Shown: piece by piece, positions 49,795-58,122 of the stretch
Layout of the letters: the number at the start of each line of letters is the position of its first letter
How positions within the stretch are numbered: position 1 is the stretch's first letter
Assembly (NCBI GenBank): GCA_965222605.1
Contig: OZ244960.1
Location: 5,536,001 to 5,600,000 of the forward strand
DNA from: Candidatus Latescibacterota bacterium
Lineage (GTDB): Bacteria > Latescibacterota > UBA2968
Direction of reading: 5' to 3'
DNA: 64,000 nt
The notes under the pieces: model-generated
What the model saw: only the letters and a program-made list of their open reading frames with translations
Databases searched by the model: none
What the model was told of the DNA's origin: nothing
Translations under genes and position numbers: made by a program

Positions 49795-50541
49795 TTAAGC
49801 ACCCTGTGGGGGACCGGATAGAGGTTTTTCCAACCTCATGAGTAATAACATCGGCCAACCAAGATCAAAATCCTCCGGAAACTCAGTCCAGTACTCCTTC
49901 GCTCTGGGCGACTTCTCAAGCAGGCATTCGTCAGCAAGATGCTCCTCAATGCGATCAATCTGAAGTTGGGCCTTCAAGGCTGCATTGACATAGTCCGCGA
50001 TCTGGTGGTGATAGCCCTCGACGTTAACCTTTTGGCCTGTCTTCATATCAGTGAAGCGAGCCTGTAGGCGACGGAGATGCATCGCTGGGTGGAGTTCTGA
50101 GATGAGAATGAAACCTCCTGGCCGACAGATCCTCGCCATTTCTCCGATTACTGGATCCAAGTCAGAAATGTGCTCCAGGACGAGGCAGCATAGGACGCGA
50201 TCAAAGGTGTCATTGTCGAATGGGAGGCACTCTGTCAGATCATGGGTAACGAATCGCACATCGTGGTCTTTCGTCTTCTCAATAGCTTGCGCCATCATTT
50301 CTGGAGCGAAGTCAATTGCGGTCACCCTGGCACCTGCTTCTGACAGATAGAGGGTATGACGTCCCGTACCGCAGCCGATATCAGCGACGCTGAGTTCTTG
50401 GACATCCCCCAACAGGGATCGCAATAGCGGCTCTTCCAAAATGATCAAGGAATTGTCCTGCGTATCGTACGTCTCAGACCAACGAGCGTAGCCTTGCCGG
50501 ACAGGTACGGTTTCAAGATCGGCTCCAGACCCGTCACTCAT
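49795..50541 (-). CDS. Class I SAM-dependent methyltransferase
   Basis: ADIGCGTGRH, LPF...FD, LEH, RPGG; the stop lies in a GCTTAAC R'' box. Confidence 0.9.
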   Translation of the reverse strand: MSDGSGADLETVPVRQGYARWSETYDTQDNSLIILEEPLLRSLLGDVQELSVADIGCGTGRHTLYLSEAGARVTAIDFAPEMMAQAIEKTKDHDVRFVTHDLTECLPFDNDTFDRVLCCLVLEHISDLDPVIGEMARICRPGGFILISELHPAMHLRRLQARFTDMKTGQKVNVEGYHHQIADYVNAALKAQLQIDRIEEHLADECLLEKSPRAKEYWTEFPEDFDLGWPMLLLMRLEKPLSGPPQGA

Positions 50542-51647
50542 GTTGTATGCCTCCAGGATAATGCCGGTGGTCCTGCCCAAAGTTAATACTCAAATAACTG
50601 ATGTTACGCAGTTTTAAGAATTTGTAGTTCATCAAAAGCATACCGAATGGCCTTGAGATAGAGTCTTGACCTGAGGGCAAAATGATTGAGGTGATGTTTG
50701 ACGCGCAGGCCTTCCAATTGAGCGGCGGCATAAATAGCCATAAAACAATGATTGCTTTGTGTACGCACGCGCCTTGTTGGGGACTTGGATAGGGCGGCAT
50801 TGGACTTGAGGGTTTTATGAAACGTCTCCACTTTCCATCGTTTTTGATAGATCGTTTCGATGGTTTCGCCATCACAAGTAAGATCACTACAAGCCAGAAA
50901 CATCTCCCCTGTGCTATCATCTTTGTTTGTAAAGACTTGCCGGATTAAAAGGACGGGAAAATCTAATCCTTTTATCCATGCTTGCACAGGCGTATCTTCT
51001 GTCAGGTTTTGAGCATCAATGCGTGCGAAACGTCCATCTCGTTTATCTTCATAGCTCAAGGCAACCGTCCTGTTAGATTTTATTGCGACAACGAAGTGCT
51101 TATCCAAGCTGTTGCGAATAAACTGTAAGTTTTCCTTTGCTGAGAACCAACTATCGGCCAATACATAGCGATATTTCAAGCGATTTTGCTTGCACACACC
51201 TAACATGTCCCGCATCAGGTCATTTTTTGTGACCAGGCTCTTGCGCTTGACGCGACGGGTCTTCACATCGGTATAGAGGGCCGGTTTGGTGATCAACTCG
51301 TAAGTCACGGGTAAGCTGACATCGCTTGCGTGATAGACACAATTAAGCAGATTGATACCCTTGACCGTGCGATTTTGACTGTGATCATAGTGCCAACAGA
51401 TTAAGTCATTCTCATCTGTATAAGGCTTTTCCTGGATCGTATCATCAAAGATGAGCACGCCATCATCCTGTTCGATGTCACGGATCATACCCTTAACCTG
51501 TCGCCACAGCGTTTTGCCATTATAGTCTGCTTGTGAGAGAAAACGCGTGACCCGATCATGGCTTATGCGGCCTTCCAACAGCGCGGATAAACCCGTTGCT
51601 GTGGTCGCGCCAAAGGAACTGAGGAGGTAATCGCTATACAATTCTAA

Positions 51648-52574
51648 GAAGCTGTTTTAAAACTATTGTGAGTGAAGAAAAGAGTTGAAAAAGCGTATTC
51701 ATCTGTCCAAATTCAGGTTATGCAAATCACCCTGAAACGAAAGGACAAAGATGAATACGCACAGGGAATATCCGACAAATGTCACCCAAGCGCAATGGCA
51801 ACTGCTGATCCTCTTGCTGCCTAAAGGTAAATGGCGAAAAGGGGGCTCTGGACGCCCACCTGCCAATTTGCAACAAGTGTTCAATGGCATCCTGTATCTG
51901 ACGAAGACCGGCTGCCAATGGCGCATGCTGCCTCCTACCTTTGGCTGTTGGCAGACCGTGTATGGCTATTTCAATCGTTGGCGCAAGCAAGGCATCTTTG
52001 AACGGGTGCAACAGGTGCTCACACAAAAAGAACGCAAACGACAGGGACGCAAGCCTACCGCATCAGCAGGCTGCATTGACAGCCAAAGTGTTAAGACAGC
52101 AACCCAAGGAAAGTCAAAGGGTTACGATGCTGGCAAAAAGGTCAATGGACGCAAACGCCATCTTCTCGTTGATACCCTCGGACTCGTCATTAGCACCTAT
52201 GTCTCACCTGCCAATCTCCAAGATCGAGATGGCCTCAAGCAGGTGATCAATCAGTATTTTGATAGCGGACAGACACGCTTACGCAAGCTATGGGTCGATG
52301 GCGGCTATCGCGGCGAAGACCTTAAAGAATGGGTCGCTGCTAAGAAGCACACACATAAGATTGATCTTGAGGTTGTCACCCCAAAAGGCAAAGGCTTTCA
52401 ACTCGTCAAACGCCGGTGGGTCGTCGAGCGCACCTTTGCCTGGTTATTTAATTTTCGCCGACTATCAAAGGATTATGAAGACTTGACCGACAGTAGTGAA
52501 GCCTTTATTTACATCGTTATGATTTACCTCTTAATCAACAGACTCGCTTAAGCGAGGGGTTTTAAAACAGCTTC
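51648..52574 (+). mobile_element. IS5-family (IS1031-like) insertion sequence
   Basis: 16-bp IR GAAGCTGTTTTAAAAC; TAA target duplication. Confidence 0.92.
51751..52551 (+). CDS. IS5-family transposase
   Basis: TGCQWR.LP..F, IDSQSVK, GRKRH.LVDT.G, D.GY, RWVVERTF.W...RRL.KDYE. Confidence 0.93.
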   Translation: MNTHREYPTNVTQAQWQLLILLLPKGKWRKGGSGRPPANLQQVFNGILYLTKTGCQWRMLPPTFGCWQTVYGYFNRWRKQGIFERVQQVLTQKERKRQGRKPTASAGCIDSQSVKTATQGKSKGYDAGKKVNGRKRHLLVDTLGLVISTYVSPANLQDRDGLKQVINQYFDSGQTRLRKLWVDGGYRGEDLKEWVAAKKHTHKIDLEVVTPKGKGFQLVKRRWVVERTFAWLFNFRRLSKDYEDLTDSSEAFIYIVMIYLLINRLA

Positions 52575-52696
52575 TAAGAGTTTTTTGTCCATATTTTTAA
52601 TCTACCACCATAATTTGCAAGGTCACAGGGATGACAAAACCCATACGGGGGGCTACATCCTTGGAATATAAAACATTATTCAACCGGTGCGTAACA

Positions 52697-53293
52697 TCAG
52701 TCAAATAAGATAGCCCCAACAGCTTCGAGGCGATATTGGTTGCCATCGTATGCAATGGTCGTAATGGAGCATTCACGCATTACTTCACCACTGTATGGGG
52801 CATTGCAGAATTTCGGACTAATGCGACTCAGTTCTTCAAACGAAAAAACGTTGAGAAGGAAGTCTGCTAAGACACCGCCATGGGTCACCCCAATCACAGT
52901 ATCTTTGGATGACCGAAGATAGCAATCGGAAACAAATGCTTCAATGCGTCTGCCAGCCTCAATGCTTGAATCGCCAACACTGGGCCGGTAATCTCGTTCT
53001 GTGTTACAACGCTCCCACTGAGCCATGAATTCATCGAAAGATTGTCCTTCGATGTCACCCCAATTCATTCGTTCACGTAGCCGTGAATCTTCAGTAACTT
53101 CAAGATTCAAAATAGTGGCGATGATCTCTGCTGTTTCTCTTGTTCGCGCCAGTGGACTGCTGAAGATTCGTGCGATGCCGTTTGATGCTAACTCCCTGGC
53201 GAGTAGTTCTGCTTCTTGTCGCCCCTCTGAGGTCAATGAAGGATCACCGACCTTGCGGTCTCTCTTACCGTGGCGAATAAAGTGAAAACGCAT
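52697..53293 (-). CDS. Histidine phosphatase family protein, cassette copy 3
   Basis: Paralog of copies 1 and 2; last codons displaced to 50572-50597 by the IS701-like element. Confidence 0.9.
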   Translation of the reverse strand: MRFHFIRHGKRDRKVGDPSLTSEGRQEAELLARELASNGIARIFSSPLARTRETAEIIATILNLEVTEDSRLRERMNWGDIEGQSFDEFMAQWERCNTERDYRPSVGDSSIEAGRRIEAFVSDCYLRSSKDTVIGVTHGGVLADFLLNVFSFEELSRISPKFCNAPYSGEVMRECSITTIAYDGNQYRLEAVGAILFD

Positions 53294-53370
53294 TAAGCCT
53301 ACCTATCTTCCGATTTTTCTTGTGCACAATTTGTCGGAGTGGGGTTGTTGGGTAATTCTGCGCCGCTTGC

Positions 53371-53463
53371 GTGTAACGGTCGGGACCTGCGAAGCCGCCC
53401 TGTTTTTTAGGGCGGCTTGGGTGGCATCGGGCTGGGAGGATGTACGCAGGTCCCTTGTTATCG
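53371..53463 (-). other. attC-like site (93 bp)
   Basis: CGATAAC aagggacctgcg...aagccgccc/gggcggctt...cgcaggtcccgacc GTTACAC. Confidence 0.85.
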
Positions 53464-53631
53464 GCAGTCGCGAAGGGGTGGTTTCGCCACTTTCAACCCC
53501 TGAGATCAGGGCGTGAATACCGCGAGCGTCATAGACAATCTGCTTTTCTGGTCTTCTGCCTTTTCAGGCATGCAGAGGTTCCATCTCAATTCTTCAGATT
53601 CACCCCCGACTGAACACAACTCGGTGGAAAA

Positions 53632-54351
53632 TCATGACTTACTCGATTTGTCCCTCTGCGCCAACATCTGTTGTCTAACTTTTCTCTTTAAGTTCTTCTT
53701 TCTCTCCCGCTCTTCCTTTTTTTTCTGCCGTTCCTCTCTTTTTGTTTTGCGATGCTGTTGGCTTTTTTTAACCTTCTGAATCCATTCTGCTCTATTGGCT
53801 AAGATTTCAGGGCTACTCTTTTCGCCATATGAAAGCTTGTTTAGAAAATCTATAATTTCATGCTGTCTTCCTCCAATTAAATCTGTGGCTCCAGGCCGAG
53901 TCAGTCCTCCCTCAAGTTCCCAATGATACCTATGAATCAAGGTGTCTATGAGGACCATCTTCTCTTTTGGAGATCTCGCAGTCTGGTATTTCTGGAGGAA
54001 CTCTTGGAGAAAGACCGTGAGACCAGAGGCAGCAAGATGCTTACCTTGTTTGGCTTTATGATACTCGCCCCAGGTGAGTTCCCAGTTGCACGATTCGCAT
54101 CTCAGAATCGTATCCTTCATACCGTCGTGGTCTATCTGGCGATCACATAATGGACATCTTGCTCGTCCAGCACTGGCTTCTCGTGCTTTGAAAATGCTTT
54201 CGATACGAGCGAAGAGTCCAATCCCCACGTCTTCAATAAGCTCTTCGTCTACTATGCCCTGTGCATCAGTTGCATAAAGGCGGGCTATTTTTTCTCTTGG
54301 AACTCGACTTGCCCAAGTTGGCCTGTCGTGTCTTGGTTTCGGGTTGCTCAT
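53632..54351 (-). CDS. Hypothetical protein with a Zn-ribbon motif and a basic tail
   Basis: CPLC...CESC; K/R/E-rich C-terminus; lies between two attC-like sites. Confidence 0.7.
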   Translation of the reverse strand: MSNPKPRHDRPTWASRVPREKIARLYATDAQGIVDEELIEDVGIGLFARIESIFKAREASAGRARCPLCDRQIDHDGMKDTILRCESCNWELTWGEYHKAKQGKHLAASGLTVFLQEFLQKYQTARSPKEKMVLIDTLIHRYHWELEGGLTRPGATDLIGGRQHEIIDFLNKLSYGEKSSPEILANRAEWIQKVKKSQQHRKTKREERQKKKEERERKKNLKRKVRQQMLAQRDKSSKS

Positions 54352-54493
54352 GTATTCCTTAGAGATTTTTCAGGTTGGTCGATTTGGTGAAAAACTCGAA
54401 GAATCAGAAAAGTTCGAGAATATGATGGGGAGTGGGTTCTGTTTTTGTTTTTGCACGCTAAAGGGTTTTTCTGGGTGGTGTTGGGGCGATTGC

Positions 54494-54634
54494 CCATAAC
54501 GTCTCGCCGGTTGCCGATGTGGCCGTGATCAGTTAAACAAATCGCTGCTTTTACAATCAGGAAACACAAAGCTTCACGAGCCATTTGGGTCGGAGCGACC
54601 GCAGGGAGCGGAGCCGGTCAACCGGCTGTTACAC
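54494..54634 (-). other. attC-like site (141 bp)
   Basis: GTGTAAC agccggttgaccgg...cggcaaccggcgagac GTTATGG. Confidence 0.85.
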
Positions 54635-54709
54635 GCAGTTTTTTGGGTGGCACCTACATCAAATTACAATCGGGGCGGGAATAGAGCAGGCGACATCAGC
54701 ATGTTTTTT

Positions 54710-57208
54710 TTATTCATTCCGCAAGGCATCTACAGGATTTGATCGAGCTGCCTTCATTGTCTGGAAACTCACTGTGATCATGGCAATAAGGAAAGCCAAG
54801 ATACCACTTAACATAAAGAACTCAAATCCAAGATCTACCCGATACGCATAATTCTGAAGCCACTGCCACAGGGCATAGTAGCCAATCGGCCAGGCCAAGA
54901 GATTTGCAAGTGCGACCAACTTTGCAAAATCACTGGATAGCAACATAACAATATTGAATACAGACGCTCCCAATACCTTGCGAATGCCGATTTCTTTTGT
55001 ACGGTATTGCGCACTCAATGTGGCCAACCCAAGTAACCCCAAGCAGGCAATCAAAATACCAAGGGTTGAAAAGAAACCAAAAAGATAGCTCAGTTTTCTT
55101 TCATTTTTATAGATTCGATCCAAATTCTCATCAAGAAAAGAAAATGTGAATGGACGATTGGGTATATACCTTTCCCAGACTTTTTGTACAAATGCCAGTG
55201 TTTGAGATAAATCTTCAGATTTGACCTCTAGGTATAGTAGCCTTGCCTCATGAAATTCTGCAACCAATACGAGTCGTCCGATTTTTTCGTCAAGAGGTTT
55301 GTAATGAAAATCTTTGACAACACCGACGACTGTGCCGGAGCGTAGTCCATCTGGGTAGAACGTGCCTCCAACCTTCCAGGCAAATCGTTTCCCTATTGGA
55401 TTTGTCCAACCCAATTGCTCGACCGCTGTTTCATTCAAGATAAACTGCTCGTCTAATTTTTCCCTCAGTCTTTGCGGGTTTGTTGTTTCGGCATATGATC
55501 GCGTGAAATTCCGGCCTGATACGCATTTAATGCCATAGAAATCTAGAAAATCCTCATCCACGATTATCACATCCATACTGTACGTGGATTTTCCTTCGGG
55601 ATGGAATGTCTCTACTGTTGCTCCTTCTCCAACAGGGCCACGGGTGGTTGTTGCTCTGAGAATATTGGGATGCGTCGTGAATGCCTGCTTGATGGCGTTG
55701 TATTGGCTCTTGAAAAGCGTGGGATTGATCATCTGGTTGCTATTCGCTGCCTCAAAAATTGGAACTTCAATAATCTGCTCGTGGTCGAATCCCAGATTCT
55801 TATTTCGAAGAAATTTCTGTTGACTGTAAACACCCCAAGTGACAACCATCAATAAAATGGCAAGAGCAAATTGTCCTACAACCAAACTCTTGCGAAGCCG
55901 AGTAGAGACGTTTGTAGCGGATTTACCTCTCAACATTGAAACAGGGCGAAATGTCGATAAGACAAATGCCGGATAACTCCCTGCCAGAATACCGACGATG
56001 AATATAAGACCGAAAAGGCTGAGCAATAACTGGGTTGTGTTGACATTGAGTGTAATAGCGCGATCAAAAAACGAATTGAAAGTTGGCAATGCCAATTCTA
56101 CCAACACCAAAGTCAAGATAAGCGCCATAATAAGCGCCATACAAGCAAAAAATATAGATTCGCCCAAAAATTGTGTGATGAGCTGCAATCGGTTTGCACC
56201 GACAACCTTACGAAGCCCGACCTCTCGCCTCCGCCCAATTGCACGAGCAGTTGTTAGGTTTATAAAATTCACACAGGCAATTACTAAAATAAAAATAGCA
56301 AGCAAAGAAAACAAATACACATTTTGAATGTCACCATGAGGTTTACTGGTCTCTGGAGTACCACGATTCTCAATTTTGATGCCATAATCATGATTGGAGT
56401 ATAGATGGATGCGGTTTAGGGGCTGCAAATGATATTGAATGTTATTTGCAGCTGCTTCGCCCATGTATTTCGGAATCAGATCTGAAAGTTTGCCTTCAAG
56501 TTGATTCGCATCATAACCTTCTTTAAGCAAAATATAGCTTTCTACAGGACGCCCCCCTCTCGGTTTCCAAGCCATCCATTTTTCTTGCCATCGCCCATTT
56601 TTAGTCGCCGATAAAATATCGAACCGAATGGTCGTCTGCTCAGGCATATTTTTTAAGACGCCTGTAACGTGATGCGCATAATCTTTGTCGTATTCCTCGA
56701 TCAGAATGGTTTTGCCAATCGGATTTTCAGTGCCAAACAGTTTGTGTGCAAGTCTTTGAGTGATTAAAACGGAACCTGGTTCTGAGAGAACCGTTTCGGG
56801 ATCGCCTTGAATCAGTGGAAAGTCAAAAACCTGTAGAACATTCTCGTCTGTAAGGCAAAAGGCTTGTTTGTATATTCTCTTATTGTCAGCAATTATTGTT
56901 CTTTGCCAGCGATGGATACGCAAAGCCTCAGAAATTTCAGGATATACATCCTGATTCAAGACTTCTACGAGACCTCCTAATGTGCGCTCACTAAAAGCTG
57001 CCTGGTCAACTGTTTTAGTCTCTCGAATCACCCTGTAAATTTGATCTCGATTCCTTTGGTTCTGATCAAAACCTAATTCATAGTCGATATAGAGGCCTAT
57101 CAGGATACAACAAGCCAAACCAATGGCTAATCCGATAATGTTCAGAGCTGAGTAGAAACGATGGTTTATCAGGTTTCTCAGCATTATTTTGAGATAATTT
57201 TTCAGCAT
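54710..57208 (-). CDS. ABC transporter permease (MacB/FtsX family)
   Basis: MLKNYLKI..RNL, NI.GL.IG, ACVNFINL.TAR...R.REVG.RKV.GA, RTKEIGIRKVLGA, NPV.ALR.E. Confidence 0.93.
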   Translation of the reverse strand: MLKNYLKIMLRNLINHRFYSALNIIGLAIGLACCILIGLYIDYELGFDQNQRNRDQIYRVIRETKTVDQAAFSERTLGGLVEVLNQDVYPEISEALRIHRWQRTIIADNKRIYKQAFCLTDENVLQVFDFPLIQGDPETVLSEPGSVLITQRLAHKLFGTENPIGKTILIEEYDKDYAHHVTGVLKNMPEQTTIRFDILSATKNGRWQEKWMAWKPRGGRPVESYILLKEGYDANQLEGKLSDLIPKYMGEAAANNIQYHLQPLNRIHLYSNHDYGIKIENRGTPETSKPHGDIQNVYLFSLLAIFILVIACVNFINLTTARAIGRRREVGLRKVVGANRLQLITQFLGESIFFACMALIMALILTLVLVELALPTFNSFFDRAITLNVNTTQLLLSLFGLIFIVGILAGSYPAFVLSTFRPVSMLRGKSATNVSTRLRKSLVVGQFALAILLMVVTWGVYSQQKFLRNKNLGFDHEQIIEVPIFEAANSNQMINPTLFKSQYNAIKQAFTTHPNILRATTTRGPVGEGATVETFHPEGKSTYSMDVIIVDEDFLDFYGIKCVSGRNFTRSYAETTNPQRLREKLDEQFILNETAVEQLGWTNPIGKRFAWKVGGTFYPDGLRSGTVVGVVKDFHYKPLDEKIGRLVLVAEFHEARLLYLEVKSEDLSQTLAFVQKVWERYIPNRPFTFSFLDENLDRIYKNERKLSYLFGFFSTLGILIACLGLLGLATLSAQYRTKEIGIRKVLGASVFNIVMLLSSDFAKLVALANLLAWPIGYYALWQWLQNYAYRVDLGFEFFMLSGILAFLIAMITVSFQTMKAARSNPVDALRNE

Positions 57209-57389
57209 GTGTCTGCCCCCAAAGAAGTGATTTCGGTTATTGGCAATTTCAGTTCTCATGAAATCAACATAATGGATGCACTCTGGGGATTATTGAGGTA
57301 GAGTATGAAAAGGAGGTTGGGGTGGAAGGCTGTTCTGTCTTTGCCTGCCTGCTACAGGTGTTTTGTTTTTCTGGGGCGGGGAAAATTGC

Positions 57390-57420
57390 GTATAACTACG
57401 GGATTAACGAACTGTTACGG
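57390..57420 (-). other. Collapsed attC-like site (right arm and R' GTTATAC)
   Basis: ttcgttaatcccgta GTTATAC resembles tcgttaatcccctg GTTATGT at 29852-29872. Confidence 0.6.
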
Positions 57421-57497
57421 TAATTCATACCAAATCTATGTATCTCCGAGTAGGAAGATGTTGTTAGAGATAGTGAAGATACCTGATGATAGCAGTA

Positions 57498-57800
57498 TTA
57501 CACTTTATTGCGCGCCTCTAACCATCGCTTTAGCGAACGTTGGCTCTCTCCTGAAGGTCGGCCAGCCCATACATTTTCGACGCTAATATCCTCATCCAGA
57601 TCAGGCCAATGGATGCCTTCACCTCGACCGATGAGTCGCCAATTATTGCGCTCTTGAGGAGTGCCATGCAATAGACGAGGATACCATTCTAACGGGACGC
57701 TTATGCTTCGCCCATCAACTAAGTCTATCATTAGAGACTCATCGTCGATAGAGATACGCTCTGCAAGCGTAGGCTGAATTTCAATCGTTGAAATACTCAT
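57498..57800 (-). CDS. DUF2442 protein (putative toxin-antitoxin component)
   Basis: L.DGR...VPL.WYPRL..........W.....GIHWPDLDEDISV. Confidence 0.88.
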   Translation of the reverse strand: MSISTIEIQPTLAERISIDDESLMIDLVDGRSISVPLEWYPRLLHGTPQERNNWRLIGRGEGIHWPDLDEDISVENVWAGRPSGESQRSLKRWLEARNKV

Positions 57801-58017
57801 TCCAAAACTCCACGATATCGTCTTGTTTTTCCTCAATAATCCTTCTGATACGCCTCAGATCAGCACTGCGAAAACCTCTGCTTCTCTGTAATCGGATAGG
57901 TTCTATCCAAAACTTTGCGATAGAATCATCTCTTTCCACATGAACATGAATCGGTTCATCCCGGTCACCTGCATAAAAGAAAAATCGGTAGGGACCATTT
58001 GAAAAAATAGTTGGCAT
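57781..58017 (-). CDS. DUF4160 protein (putative toxin-antitoxin component)
   Basis: MPTI....YRFFFY..D..EP.HVHV.....AKFW. Confidence 0.88.
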   Translation of the reverse strand: MPTIFSNGPYRFFFYAGDRDEPIHVHVERDDSIAKFWIEPIRLQRSRGFRSADLRRIRRIIEEKQDDIVEFWNEYFND

Positions 58018-58051
58018 GTAATATATATCATTGTCCTGCAATGATGTAGAT

Positions 58052-58088
58052 ACTAAAAGCCCACGTACTTTGACTGTGGGCTTTTAGT
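58052..58088. terminator. Hairpin / likely intrinsic terminator between the core block and the array
   Basis: actaaaagcccac-N11-gtgggcttttagt, perfect 13-bp stem. Confidence 0.7.
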
Positions 58089-58122
58089 GTGATTCCTACC
58101 TTTCGCAACTGGTTTTTATAGA

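Larger units (their letters stand above)
50604..52592 (-). pseudogene. IS701-like DDE transposase interrupted in its first codons
   Basis: SHD.VTRFL, LIFDDT, ADSWF, Y.KRW.VE.FH..LK; MDKKL|LELYSD rejoins after removing the IS5. Confidence 0.85.
50598..52700 (-). mobile_element. IS701-like insertion sequence carrying a nested IS5
   Basis: 13-bp perfect IR CTGATGTTACGCA; 8-bp target duplication TCAAATAA (50590-50597, 52701-52708). Confidence 0.9.

Noticed and set aside
11806-53377. Diversity-generating retroelement as the source of the diverged repeats
   Set aside because: No reverse transcriptase in the window, and the mismatches are not confined to adenines.
57260-58120. intI / attI at the head of the array
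   Set aside because: No integrase ORF; only a toxin-antitoxin-like pair, a hairpin and core-type genes.
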